Shown here: piece by piece, positions 1 through 17,215 of the stretch
Layout of the letters: every line of letters begins with the position of its first letter
Numbering within the stretch: position 1 is the first letter of the stretch
DNA from: Eledone cirrhosa
Lineage: Eukaryota
DNA length: 64,000 bases
Assembly: GCA_964016885.1 (NCBI GenBank)
Contig: OZ024762.1
Coordinates: 21,700,001-21,764,000, forward strand
Reading direction: 5' to 3'
The notes under the pieces: model-generated
Told to the model about the DNA's origin: nothing
The model's input: the letters and a program-made list of their open reading frames with translations, nothing else
Database searches by the model: none
Translations under genes and position numbers: made by a program

Positions 1-203
1 TTCCGAGATATGGGGTTTTTCCGGATGCCTTCATAAATAGAGAGAGCGAGAGAAAGAGATAGTGATTGTGAAAGAGTAGATTGAAAGAGAGACATAGAGA
101 GAGAGGGGGGAGGGAGACAGAAGGTGGTCTAGTATTTATTTAAAACTTCCCATAATTATTTTAGATAAAAACCTTCAAGTTTTGTTGTAAATGTCAGTTT
201 TAT

Positions 204-422
204 AATCGTTTCTGATTTAGACACAGGGCTACCAATTCCGAGGGAGAAGAAAGTCGATTTAATCGACTTCAGTGCGTTACTGGTACTTTATTTTACCGAC
301 ACCATAAGGATGAAAGACAAATGTAAACCCGGCACGATTTGAACTCAGAACTTAAAGGGTCGTAATACTATGCCACGAAGCACGGTGTCCGACACCCTAC
401 TGATACTGTCAATCCACCGCCC
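204..422 (-). mobile_element. tRNA-derived SINE, family A (older variant)
   Basis: Minus strand starts gggcggtggattgacagtatc and has the B-box-like gagttcaaatc. The core aaaataaagtaccagtaacgcactg is shared with about 20 copies in the window. Confidence 0.85.
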
Positions 423-571
423 GACCCCAACTTAATAATGAGAAAAGTTATATATATTTCTAAATCGCTGTAAATTCTTTTTATTATTTTCAAAATTATT
501 TGAAAATTATAGACAGTGTTTTTCATTAGAAATATGATTGCAAAAGGGTTTAAACCGATCAGGATGACTCT

Positions 572-1610
572 AAAGACCAGAAGTGTATTTTCTTTTACTC
601 AGCTTAGGTGACACTTACTAACAGACAGCTTACTGCTGAGGACCAGAGAAGTATTTTTACTGCTCAGCTAAGGTAGCACTGACAAACACAGTTGACTGCT
701 AAGGACCAGAGATGTGGTTTTACAGCTTAGCTAATGTAACACTGACAAACAGATGACGGCTAAGGTCTAGAGATGTGGTTTTAACTTCTCACCTAAGGTA
801 ACACTGATCAACAGACTGCTCAATACTTAAGGCCAGAGATGTGTTTTTACTGCCCAGTTAAGGCGCCATTAATTTTCGTTTCAATCTGTAAAGGGGCTAT
901 GACTTTAATTAAAAATAAAATACTAACAATCAGACAGCCGACTACTAAGGACCAGAGATGTGGTGTTACTGCTCAACTAGGATGACACTGACCAACAGTC
1001 TTCTGACTATTAATGATCAGAGGTGTGGTTTTACTGCTCAGTTAAGGTAACACTGACTAACAGACAGCTGACTGAAAATGTCTAGAGATGTGGTTTTAGT
1101 GCTCAGCTAAGATGACACTGACTAACAGTCTTCTGACAGCTAAGGACCAGAGATGTGCTTTTAACTGCTCAGCTGAGATGACCCTGACTAACACACTGCT
1201 GATAACTGAAGGCCAGAGATGAGTTATTACTGCTCAACTAAGGCAACACAGACAAACAGCTGACTGCTAAGGTCCAGAGGTGAGTTATTACTGCTCAACT
1301 AAGGCAACACAGACAAACAGCTGACTGCTAAGGTCCAGAGGTGAGTTATTACTGCTCAACTAAGGCAACACAGACAAACAGCTGACTGCTAAGGTCCAGA
1401 GGTGAGTTATTACTCCTCAACTAAGGCAACACAGACAAACAGCTGACTGCTAAGGTCCAGAGGTGAGTTATTACTGCTCAACTAAGGCAACACAGACAAA
1501 CAGCTGACTGCTAAGGTCCAGAGGTGAGTTATTACTGCTCAACTAAGGCAACACAGACAAACAGCTGACTGCTAAGGTCCAGAGGTGAGTTATTACTCCT
1601 CAACTAAGGC
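572..1610. repeat. ~61-bp minisatellite, degenerate on the left and homogenised from ~1210 to 1610
   Basis: Unit aggtccagaggtgagttattactgctcaactaaggcaacacagacaaacagctgactgcta (61 nt) is repeated nearly perfectly 6-7 times, with divergent units upstream. Confidence 0.95.
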
Positions 1611-1997
1611 GCTATCAATTTTCGTGTCGATCTATTAAGAGATTACCGTGTCAATCATTCATGACTTTTTTTCACCTATTTTTTATTTTATTTTTGCATT
1701 ATCCCACCTTAAGGCCCCTGGTGCAATGCTCTGATACCCGCATGGCCAGTCCACTTCTGTGTATTTTGATGAGCTTAACATCCAGTGAGAAATCGTAGAC
1801 GACCAATTGTTGAATTAAGCTGTCAATGAGAATGTTGTACAATTCCTCGTATTTATGGTATAATTATCGTCTGCTTCCGTTACGTTATCTATGGCTTTTG
1901 CTGTTGTTGCTTGTTCAATTGATCGTCTCGTGTTGAAACATTGCTGTCGTCTGCTTCTATCATTTATAAAAAGTTTAAATAAACGTATAGGTAATAC

Positions 1998-2051
1998 ATG
2001 CATACGTATATACATATATACATATATACTTACATATACATACATACATAT

Positions 2052-2137
<86 letters not shown>

Positions 2138-2149
2138 ATATATATACAC

Positions 2150-2190
<41 letters not shown>

Positions 2191-2530
2191 AACATATACG
2201 CATACACATACATATATATATATATAGTAATAATAATAAAATAATAATAAAATTTAATAAATATATATATATATATATATGTATGTGTATGCGTATATGT
2301 TTGTATATATATATATATGTATATATGTATGTGTATGCGTATATGTTTGTGTGTATATGTGTGTTTGTAAGCATCTATATATGTATGTGTAAGCGTATGT
2401 GTGTGCATATGTGTGTTTGTTAGCGTCTATATATGTATGTGTGCATATGTGTGTTTGTGAGCGTCTATATATGTATGTGTAAGCGTATATGTGTGTGTGC
2501 ATGTGTGTTTGAGAGTGTCTATATATGTTT
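1998..2530. repeat. (TA)n / (TG)n compound microsatellite
   Basis: Direct inspection. Confidence 0.95.
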
Positions 2531-2784
2531 AATGCGGTTTCAAGTGTCAATTTATGATGCACGAGAGTGAAATTGTGATAATTACTGGTATAGTCTATGC
2601 TGTCCAATGTAATTGTTGTTAACTATAATAAACGACATAACATACATTGATATATTAGGTGACATCGTTGAAACTATCAAAGATTATAACTTATCTGTCT
2701 ATCACACATTATTGTCCTTTTCCCCTTCCGTACATCTCAACAAATTGATCGATCACTAATCTACAGAATCTGCGATTAAGTTTT

Positions 2785-3249
2785 AACAATAATAATAATT
2801 ATTATTTCTACATTTGGTACAAGGCCAGCAAAAACCTCCAGTGCATTACTGGTACTTTATTTTTAATCGACCCCGTAAGGATGAAAGGCAAGGTTAATCT
2901 CGGCGGGACTTAAACTCAGAACGTAAAGGGCCATATCTCTATGCTGCAAAGTATGGTGTTTGACGCTCTACTGATACAGCCAAACCATAATAATAACGGT
3001 TTCTTATATAGGCACAAGACCAGCAATTTTGAGGGAGGGAAAAGTCGATTAAATCTACCCCAGTGCGTTACCGGTGGGATTTGAACTTAGAATGTAAAGG
3101 GCCGTAACTCTATGCCACAAAGTATGGTGTCTGACGCTCTACGGATTCTGTCAATCCACCGCCCTTAGTAATAATTGTTTCTACTATTGGCACAAGGCCA
3201 GCAATAACCAGTACATTACTGGTACTTTATTTTATCGATCCCTGAAAGG
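2785..3249 (-). mobile_element. Cluster of three family A SINE copies (one internally deleted, one 3' fragment)
   Basis: Three occurrences of tttcta...ggcacaaggccagcaa, each preceded by an (AAT)n tail. Confidence 0.85.
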
Positions 3250-3574
3250 TCTTCGAACAATATATGAGACTTTTCAGAAATGCAAATACTCTACGAAAAT
3301 ATATTACCCCTGTCTTTATCGTTTGGCGTCTTCTAATATATTCCAAAATGATTTTAAAAGTTTCTAATATTCTTAATTTTCAATCCCAAATATATTTAGA
3401 TAACATTGTTTAGAATCTACTTCTAAAAGTGTTTCTATGCTGATTATATCTCGATTTGAAAGGATTTTCAGTCAAACCCAATATAATCTTTAGAAACAGA
3501 ATTATCTTTCGAATTCCATTATAGGCGAATGAATTCAAAAGACACAAATTGATTAAGGGACACTCGGTAGTGGC

Positions 3575-5640
3575 GTTGATGGTGGTGGAGTTGCTGATGG
3601 GAGTGATATTAATGGTATGGTGGTGGTGGTTGGAGGTTGTGATGGTATTGATGGTGGTGGTGGTGATAGAAGTGATATTAATGGTCTGTTGGTGGTGGTG
3701 GTGGTGGTGGAGTTGATGATGGAAGTTATATTAATGGTATGGTGGTGGTGGGAGGTTGTGATGGTGGTGCTGGTGGTGGTGATGATATTAATGGTGATGG
3801 TTGGTGATGGTGGTGGTGGAAATGATATTAATGGTGATGTGGTGGTGATGGTGATGGTGATGGTGGTTGTGATGGTAGTGGTGGTGGTTGATGATGCTGG
3901 TGGGGTAGTGACGGTGATGGTAGTGATGGCGGTAGTCGCGGTGGTAGTAGTGGTGATGATGGTGGTGGTGGTGGTAATAATGGTGGTGGGGGTAATGATG
4001 ATGGGGTGACGATAGTGATGTTGATTGTGATTGTGATTGTGATGGCGGTCGACTCCATTAACAGTACAATATGCCCCGGGTTCAATCCCACTCCGTAAGT
4101 GATATCTACTATATCCTCGGGATATAATGGTAATGGTAATGGTGGTGGTGGTAATGTTTGAAGCCTGCTGGATGCACTGTATGTGTAATCTAAGGGCCAT
4201 CCTTGTCACAGGTGCCTTGCTGAATCTCCCTGAGAAGTGCATTAAGGTTTTCCGCCGTGGTGGTGATGATGGTGGTGGTGGTGGTGGTGATCGTGATGGT
4301 GGTGATGGTGGTGGTGGTGATGGCGGTGATGGTGGTGATGGTGGTGGTGATGGGGGGGGGGTAGTGGTGGTGATGGTGATGTTGATAGTGGTAGTGGTGA
4401 TGGTGATAGTGGTGGTGGTGGTGGTGGTGGTGGTTGATGGTGGTGATGGTGATGGTGATGGTGATAGTGGTAGTGGTGGTGGTCGTCGTGATAGTGGTGG
4501 TGGTGGTGATGATGGTGGTGATGGTGATGGTGGTGATGGTGGTGGTATTGGTGGTGCTGGCGATGGTATTGGTGATGCTGAGGGTAGTGGTGGTGGTGAT
4601 TGTGATGGTGCTGATGGTGATGGTGGTAGTGGCAGTGGTGGTTGTGGTAATGATGGTCGTGGTGGTAGTCGTCGTGATGGTGATGGTTGTGGTGGTGTTG
4701 AAACACAAATTGTCCCCATCTCCACCATCACCAACATCACCATTTGCAATACCACCACCAACAACATCACTATTTTACACCATCCCCTCCACCACCACCA
4801 CCACCATCACCACCATCACCACCATCACCATTTAAAATCACCACCATCACCACCACAGACACCATCATCATTACCACCACCACAAACATCACGACCATCA
4901 TCATTACCACTACGACCAACATCATCACCACCATTGCCACCACCACCACCATCATCTCCAACAACACCATTTACTTACCACCATTACCACCACCACCACC
5001 ACCATTACCACTACGACAAACATCACCACTACAAGCACCACAACCACCACCACCACACACATCCCCACCACCGCCACCACCACCACAGACATCCCCACCA
5101 CCACCGCCACCACCACCGCCACCACCACCACACATCCCCACCACCACCACCACCACCACCACAACCACGACCATCATCACCAATATCACTATTTACAATA
5201 CCATCACCACCACCACCACCACAGACATCCCCCCACCACCACCACCATCACCACCACCACCACAACCACGAGCATCATCACCAATATCACCACCTCCAAT
5301 ACCATCATCATAACCATCAGCACAAGCATCACTAACACCACCACCATCATCGTTACTACTAAGACTAAAATCACCACCAACACCACCACCACCACCACAA
5401 ACACTCCCCTCACCCTCCCTCACCACCATTACCACAACCACGACCATCATCATCATCACCATTTACAATACCACCATCAACACCACCACCACCACCACCA
5501 TCATCATTACTACTAAGATTAACATCACCACCACCACCACCACCAGCACCACCACCTCCACCACCATCACCGCCACCATTACCACAACCACTACCACCAC
5601 CATTACCACCACTTCCACTACCACCACCACCACCATCATC
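3575..5640. repeat. Degenerate (GGT/GAT)n array switching to (ACC/ATC)n at ~4710
   Basis: Direct inspection; this array explains the poly-V/G/P/T/H ORFs. Confidence 0.9.
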
Positions 5641-5713
5641 ACAAAAGATCAAAGGTTGCAAAGTCTTGTTGATGTAGTTCCCTCTATAAAAAAAGATAGC
5701 GGAAGCTGGCATG

Positions 5714-5746
<33 letters not shown>

Positions 5747-6039
5747 CCACAACAACCTCAACAACAACATACATGACTACACCAAGAACGACAACACCAC
5801 AAGATCGACGACAATATCACCAAGAAGAACAGCACAAATACAAAAAGCAATATGGCCGCCGTTTATCTTAAACAGTTTTAAGACGACTGCATCAATGATA
5901 AAAACACGTGATAAAAACACGTGATCTGACGCCCAAATATTACTTTATATGACCAGAACTTCCTTTTACTTCTGATTTTTCCATAATATCTTTTGATTAC
6001 TAATTTTTATAGATTATGATTTTCCATCACACCCCTTTT

Positions 6040-6052
6040 TATATTATTATTA

Positions 6053-6087
<35 letters not shown>

Positions 6088-6235
6088 GTTGTTGTTGTTG
6101 TTGTTGTTGTTGTTATTTTATTTTATGTTGTAGTTGTTACTGTTTTATTTTTATATTTTATTTTTCTTCTCGTTCCTTCCTCCACTTTCTCTACATACAC
6201 CCCTCCTTCATTTTCTTTTCCTATCTTCTTTTTTT

Positions 6236-6283
<48 letters not shown>

Positions 6284-6311
6284 ATACTAATACTACTACT
6301 ACTACTACTAT

Positions 6312-6346
<35 letters not shown>

Positions 6347-6350
6347 TAGT
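6040..6350. repeat. (ATT)n, (GTT)n and (ACT)n trinucleotide tracts
   Basis: Direct inspection. Confidence 0.95.
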
Positions 6351-6711
6351 CACGCAATTTTCTTTTTTCAAGAATTCCGGAAAATGAGTTCAATAATTTT
6401 TTCATATTTTATAGAAAAAGACAGAATTTGAAGAAAAAAATAGAAATAAAAAAATATGGAAGAAGAAGAAATCAAACGAAGAGAGAAGGAAAGAAAAAGA
6501 GAAAGACAGAAAGAAGGTGATGTGCCAAAGAAAAAAAAGTAAAGAACATATTCTCCTTTTCACCATTTTTACGTTGTTCCTGTTGTTGTTGAGCGTTAGC
6601 TTCCCAATTTCAGATTTCTAGATGTGATTACCATTTTCTTCTGCACCCCCACCCCAAACCCCGTATTATGTCTTTTCTTCCGTCAATGTCGATACAATAT
6701 CAAAAAGTTCC

Positions 6712-10305
<3,594 letters not shown>

Positions 10306-11178
10306 AGAGTGTGTGTGAGTGAAACAGAGACAGAAAGAGTGTGTGTGTGTGTTTATCATGTATTCATAACTAAATGAAAAATAAGATATAAATCAGACAC
10401 AACACCACACCCACCACCACCAACACCACTTCCACCTCCAGCACCATAACCACCACCATTACCACCGACTCCACCACCACCACCACCACCACCAGCACCA
10501 TAACCACCACCACCACCAGCAAAACTACCGCCACCACCATCACCATTACCACCGCCACCACCACCACCATCACCACTACCATCACCAACACCGCCACCAC
10601 CACCACCACGACTACAACCGTCACCACCACCACCACCACCACCACCACCATAACCATAACCACCACCACCGCCATGACCACTACAACCGCCACCACCGCG
10701 ACCATTACCATCATAACCAACAGCATCACCACTACCATAACCAACACCACCACCAACATCGCCACCACCACCACGACTACAACCGCCGCCACCACCACCA
10801 CCACCACCACCATACCTTCACCATCAACAATAACAAACCAGCAATTCCGCCATTTTACGACGGGCTTACGAAAGGCGTGTTAATTCTTATCATTGATCTT
10901 GTCTAAATTAGTTTTCTTTTAATACACCCTACCGCACATATGTTTACACACACATATACCCCTATCGATACACACACACATACATACACCTATCGATACA
11001 CACACACATACATACACCTATCGATATACACACATATACATATCTCTTCAGATATACACACATATATATATATATATATATACATCTAACAATATACACA
11101 CGCACACATACATTCTCTTTCACCCATGTAAGCGCTCACGGTTTATATATATACATATATATATATTTATATATATAC

Positions 11179-11248
<70 letters not shown>

Positions 11249-11325
11249 TATTGTATATATATATATAAATATATATATTTATATATATATATATAAATAT
11301 TTATATATATATAATACAATAATAC

Positions 11326-11357
<32 letters not shown>

Positions 11358-11367
11358 ACTTACATAC

Positions 11368-11482
<115 letters not shown>

Positions 11483-11491
11483 CATATATAT

Positions 11492-11540
<49 letters not shown>

Positions 11541-11600
11541 CATACTCATATATATATATATATACATACATACATATATTATATTTATATATACATACAT

Positions 11601-11659
<59 letters not shown>

Positions 11660-11704
11660 TCTGCATGCATATATATATATATATGGTGTGTATATATATA
11701 TTTT

Positions 11705-11751
<47 letters not shown>

Positions 11752-11758
11752 GTGTGTG

Positions 11759-11813
<55 letters not shown>

Positions 11814-11815
11814 TG

Positions 11816-11916
<101 letters not shown>

Positions 11917-11969
11917 TTGTATATATATATATATGTATATATATACGTATATATATATATATATACGTG

Positions 11970-12016
<47 letters not shown>

Positions 12017-12882
12017 ATATATATATATATATTTATACACACACACAGACACATGGGTGAGTGTTCAGCTTTTAAGAGTTTCAGTAAATAGCGACATGAT
12101 GAGATCGAGGTAAGGGGCTGAGATGGCAGTGGTGGGGGTGGGGCAGAGGTAGTGGGGTGGGGCAGAGGTAGTGGGGGTGGGGCAGTGGTTGGTGGTGGGG
12201 TGGAGGTGTGAAGTATTGTGTGATAAAGAGAACATGGCAAACTATTAATTACTCTCTACTCACAGCAAATGTAGAAGTGCTTGTGGATGGTGTTGGTGGT
12301 AGTGGTGGTAGTAGTAGTGGTGATGGTGGTGGTGGTGGTGGCGGTGGTGGTAGTAGTGGTGGTGGCGGCGGTGGTGGTGCCGGTGGTGGTGGTAGTAGTG
12401 GTGGTGGTGGTGGTAGTAGTGGTTATGGTGGTGGCGGTGGTAGTGGTGGTGGTAGTGATAGTGGTAGAGATGGGTAGTGTTGGTGGTGGGTGTTTAAAGG
12501 AATCGGTAGGTGGAGTCATGCCACCCGGATGGCTGAAGGTTGCGGAGGAGGATAAGCAGGAGTTGAGGTGTGTGTGGTGGAGATGTATATGGGGAGGGAG
12601 GAGGGTAAGGATTTTAAGGTCGGAAAACAGATTGTAAGCTACATAAATGTGAAGGTGGTGAGATGGTGTAGATATATTTAAAGACAGGAGAGAGAGAGGA
12701 GGGGGGGGGAGAGAGATAGAGTGTGAGATGGAATGGGGTTTATAGACATGGCTGTATGGTTAAGGAGTTCGATTACCGACAATAGACCAGGTGGTACAAG
12801 GCTTAATTCCGTTGCAAGTTTTACTATAACCTCTTTGCTGACCAATGACTTAGGTAGAAGACCGTCATACATACATACATAC

Positions 12883-13590
12883 ATGATGGCTGCCCCCTCG
12901 TTATCGAGTATGGTCATTGCACAATATAAAATTATTAATATCTATCAATTAATGCTATCATGCAATGCCTGTGTGTGAAAATTTGTTTTTAAGTGAGGAA
13001 AGACTGTGCACTGAGCCAATCTCACTCTCTGAGCTGTGACCCGAAAAGAAGAAAAGCTCAACATCATCGGTAACTACTGAGCCGCAGGTTTTATGTCGGA
13101 GTTATCCCAGTTTCCTGAGTTGGCTTCTCCAAGAAGAATCCCCTGACAAAGGCTAGGGATCCTTCATACATACATACATACATACATACATACATACATA
13201 CATACATACATACATACATACATACATACATAGATGCCTGCATGCATACATTTATACATGATGGCTGCATCTCGAATTCGAGTAATGCCATTGCTTGATA
13301 CTTAAGCACCGACGTGGTTTTTTAGTTCAGCTAGGGACTTGCCTATGGCCAGCAATACCATGCATCGAAAAAAATGTCATATATCGAGCGTTGCCTGAGC
13401 TTGAAGCTTTTTTAAGTGAGAAAAGGCTTTAAAGGGGTCCAATCCCACTCTCTGAACATCGAATGCATTTACCCAAAAAGAAGAACTGGTCTACATCATT
13501 GGATGCAAACGATGTCGCAGGTTTTATATCAGAATCCTTCTAGAGAGATGACTTAATGAAGACTAGGAGGCGCCCGCTCCACAAAAAAGT
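12883..13590 (-). mobile_element. Two tandem related non-autonomous retroelements (12883-13163, 13257-13590) with (ATGT)n tails, probably RTE-mobilised
   Basis: Both begin on + with catgatggctgc...tcgagta...cattgc directly after (CATA)n and share tttaagtgag...ctcactctctga...aaaagaagaa...catcat...gcaggttttat. The RTE link is inference. Confidence 0.55.
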
Positions 13591-13617
13591 ACATACATAC
13601 ATACATACATACATACA

Positions 13618-13649
<32 letters not shown>

Positions 13650-13860
13650 CAGTAGCGGACTGTGTTTTAAAATATTGGTTGCCAGGAGATGAAGGGGGCC
13701 CACCTACATATAGAATGCTATCATTTAATTTTTATAATCAATAAATAACATTTTCGAAAAATCTTAAGTGGAAACAAAACAGTGCAATCAAATTTTCGCG
13801 GAAAAGTACCTTATCTTCTCCAATAAAAAGTATTATGTATTTTACGAAATCCACAAACTT
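13650..13860 (+). mobile_element. Non-autonomous DNA-transposon-like element, 5' part; second copy at 14962-15047 plus 15392-15530
   Basis: Starts cagtagcggact / cagtggctgact...gggcccacctacatatag; the two copies align over ~200 bp. A CAGTRGC start is typical of hAT-type MITEs (inference). Confidence 0.6.
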
Positions 13861-13986
13861 TCAATAATGACCAGAAGTCGAACTTAAATATTACTAATAG
13901 CTCTAGGAAAGCCATGAACAACAGCACATCTTTTTAAATTTGATTTTGAAAGTAGGTTTATAAGTATCAATTTTCATTATACTTTA

Positions 13987-14213
13987 GTAGCAGTCTCTAT
14001 GGTCTAGTTGGAGGAATCGTAGACGATGGTGATCCTGGTCTGAAGTTCGATCCTGGTCGGGAATAGGGTTCCCGGTGAAGATTTTCATTTTTTTCTATTG
14101 GTTGTAAAATAAAATCTGAAAAAGACTACCATGTGGCTCTTGACCAGGAGTGAACCCGAGGCCAGGATCTCCACCGTCTCTAGTACCTACCACTAGGCCA
14201 CAGAGACAACTAC
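13987..14213. other. Convergent pair of tRNA-like (A-box/B-box) sequences
   Basis: 13987-14062 (+) gtctctatggtctagttggagg...gttcgatcctggtc and 14138-14213 (-) gtctctgtggcctagtggtagg...ggttcactcctggtc are homologous and inverted. Confidence 0.65.
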
Positions 14214-14558
14214 GAAAATCTTATGAAAATTCATATTTATAAACCTACTTTCAAAATTTTCAAAATATAGTGTTGTGGTGTCGTTCATGCCTTGCTTAAT
14301 GTTATAGCTCCTACTTAAGGTGGACTTATAAATCATTTGGGTGTTCCATAAACTACATCCTCGTTTTGTTTCACATCTATCTAGTCTATATTTTAACCTG
14401 TAATCCATGTTTCATTTCTGCTGCACCTCATTTCTCCCCATTTCTCTTCCTTTCTGTGATATTTGAATCTACTATGATTTGTCCTTACCTTATTCCTATA
14501 TATATGTTTTTGCATGTCAGTTATATTCAAACTTACAATGATGGCATTATATATATAT

Positions 14559-14945
14559 GGGTGGTGGATTGGCAGTATCGGTAGAGGGTTGGACGCCATG
14601 CTTTCTAGCATAGTTACGTCCCTTTACGGTTTGAGTTCAAATCCCGTCGAGGTTAACTTTGCCTTTCATCCTTACGGGGTCGATAAAATAAAGTACCAGT
14701 AGTGTACTGGGTAATTGCTGACCTTGTGCCAAATGTAGAAACAATTATATATATATGGGCGGTGGATTGGCACTATCGGTAGAGGGCCGGACGCCATGCT
14801 TTGACGTATAGAGTTACGGCCCTTGCCAGTCTGATTTCAAATCCTGCCGAGGTTAGCTTTGCCTTTCATCCTTACGGGGTCGATAAAATAAAGTACCAGT
14901 AATGCACTGGGTATTTGCTGGCCTTGTGCCAAAAGTAGAAACAAT
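14559..14945 (+). mobile_element. Two tandem full-length family A SINEs (14559-14745, 14757-14945)
   Basis: gggYggtggattggcaStatcggtagagg...ttcaaatcc...gccttgtgccaaaagtagaaacaatt occurs twice. Confidence 0.9.
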
Positions 14946-15214
14946 TATATATATATATATACAGTGGCTGACTAGGTCTAAAAATATTGCTTGCCAGATG
15001 AAGAGGGCCCACCTACATATAGCATTTTATTATTTAATTTTTATAATAACATGCTATATGTAGGTGGGCCCTCTTCATCTGGCAAGCAATATTTTTAGAC
15101 CTAGTCAGCCATTGTATATATATATATATAATTGTTTCTACTTTTGGCACAAGGCCAGCAAATACCCAGTGCATTACTGGTACTTTATTTTATCGACCCC
15201 GTAAGGATGAAAGG
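14862..15214. repeat. 172-bp near-perfect inverted repeat (arms 14862-15033 and 15043-15214, 9-nt loop)
   Basis: Arms are reverse complements with about 2 mismatches. Confidence 0.95.
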
Positions 15215-15395
15215 GATTGGCAGTATCGGTAGAGGGTCGGACGCCATGTTTTGCAGCATAGTTACGTCCCTTTACGATCTGAGTTCAAATCTCGCCGAGG
15301 TTGACTTTGCCTTTCATCCTTACGGGGTCGATAAAATAAAGTACCAGTAATGCACTGGGTAATTGCTGGCCTTGTGCCTAACGTAGAAACAATTA
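15214..15395 (+). mobile_element. Family A SINE inside a 19-bp TSD (15029-15047 / 15392-15410)
   Basis: attatttaatttttataat occurs twice; the interrupted host element resumes after 15410. Confidence 0.9.
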
Positions 15396-15534
15396 TTTAA
15401 TTTTTATAATGAATAAATAACATTTTCAAAAAATACATTAGTGGAAACAAAACAGTGCTGTCAAATCGTTGCGGAGAAATATCTTATCTTCTCCAATAAA
15501 AAATATTATGTATTTTGCGAAATTCAGAGACTTT

Positions 15535-15724
15535 TAATAATTGTTTCTACTATTGGCACAAGGCCAGCAAATACCCAGTACATTACTGGTACTTTATTTT
15601 ATCGATACCCCGCAAGGATGAAAGGCAAAGTTAACCTCGGCATAATTTGAACTCAGAATGGCAAGGGCCGTAACTCTATGCGTCAAAGCATGGCGTCCGA
15701 CCCACTACCGATACTGCCAATCCA
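15535..15724 (-). mobile_element. Family A SINE
   Basis: Reverse complement of the family consensus. Confidence 0.9.
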
Positions 15725-15824
15725 AACATTCGATTCGTTTGCAATTATGCAAACAGGGCTCAATTTTATAGCCATATCAGTAGAATGAACCCTTCATTCT
15801 TGCTCTTGTGTTGGCATGTGAACA

Positions 15825-15874
15825 GAACTGCAAACACTAATGTTTCTGTGTATCACCCTTCATCAGTACAGCTC
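15825..15874 (-). ncRNA. Type I hammerhead ribozyme motif (stem II degraded)
   Basis: Minus strand: gagctgta CTGATGA agggtgatacaca GAAA cattagtg TT tgcagttc; 8-bp stem I with GU pairs, GUU cleavage triplet. Confidence 0.75.
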
Positions 15875-15904
15875 ACTGTTAACCTGCCAAACTGTCAGAC
15901 CTAG

Positions 15905-15990
<86 letters not shown>

Positions 15991-16229
15991 CATATATATA
16001 TACACACATATTTTCCTCACTACAAATATAACACAATATTATGTTAGAAACTTTACATGAAATTCTCGGTGCATAATGACGTTTATACGTACGTAATATA
16101 TACACTGGGGGTGTATATAAATACCTAGATATATATAAAAATATGTATGTGTATATATATATTTACACACATATATATATATATATATGTATGTATGTAT
16201 ATGTAAATATATATATGTATATATATATA

Positions 16230-16332
<103 letters not shown>

Positions 16333-16619
16333 TCACTCACTACAGGCGACAGGTGTATAGATTTTCATACTATACAATCTATAAGATGTGGTCTTCACCG
16401 CAAGATGAAAGAGAAAACCAAAATACGTACATCTATCATAAAAAACAACAACACAAAGGATGTATTGAATATCTATCTATACACACGTATACATATGTGT
16501 GTATGTATATATATATATATATGCATGTATGTATTATGTATATATATATATATATATATGTAACTATGTATGTATTATGTATGTATGTATTATGTATATA
16601 TATATAAATATATATATAT

Positions 16620-16811
16620 ATAGGAAAAAGAATGACCCCGACGGCAGAGCTCAAGCCGCTTCGACAGCTATTTCTGGACTGAAATAGCTGTCGAAACGGC
16701 TTTAGCTCTGCCTACGGGGTCATACTTTTTCCTATTACCCACTCTACTTCCCCAAGTATTGAGTACTCTGGTGTGTTATGGTCCATCTGGTTCCTTGCCA
16801 CATTTCCTTCG

Positions 16812-16814
<3 letters not shown>
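16620..16814. mobile_element. Penelope-like terminal remnant: inverted pseudo-LTR ends plus 3' extension, inserted in (TA)n
   Basis: Arms 16620-16674 / 16681-16735 carry the hammerhead 3' half GAAA cggc...gccg TC ggggtc (each arm with a mutation); ~80-nt extension on one arm; same family as 17037 and 61561. Confidence 0.75.
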
Positions 16815-16896
<82 letters not shown>

Positions 16897-17036
16897 TGTA
16901 TGTATGTATGTATACACAATGTAAATGACATTGTATTTCGTCTCTGTAATATACTTGTGATTTTACATTAACCTATTTCCATACCTGTAACTGGGTAATA
17001 TCTATTATTACACACATTATATATATATATATATAT

Positions 17037-17215
17037 ATAGGAACGAGTAGGACCCCGACGGCTGAGCTCAAGCCGTTTCGAGGGCTAATAATTCTGAAAC
17101 GGCTTGAGCTCAGCCGTCGGGGTCCTACTCGTTCCTATTACCCACTCTACTACCCTAAGTATTGAGTACTTTGGTGCGTTATGGTCCACCTGGTTCCTTA
17201 CCACATTTCCTCCGT

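Noticed and set aside
14559-14660. tRNA gene candidates in SINE heads
   Set aside because: A/B boxes are present, but there is no cloverleaf and each continues into the SINE body.
16345-16400. Possible minus-strand hammerhead (gtgaaga...gaaa)
   Set aside because: The core is mutated and neither stem I nor stem II pairs convincingly.
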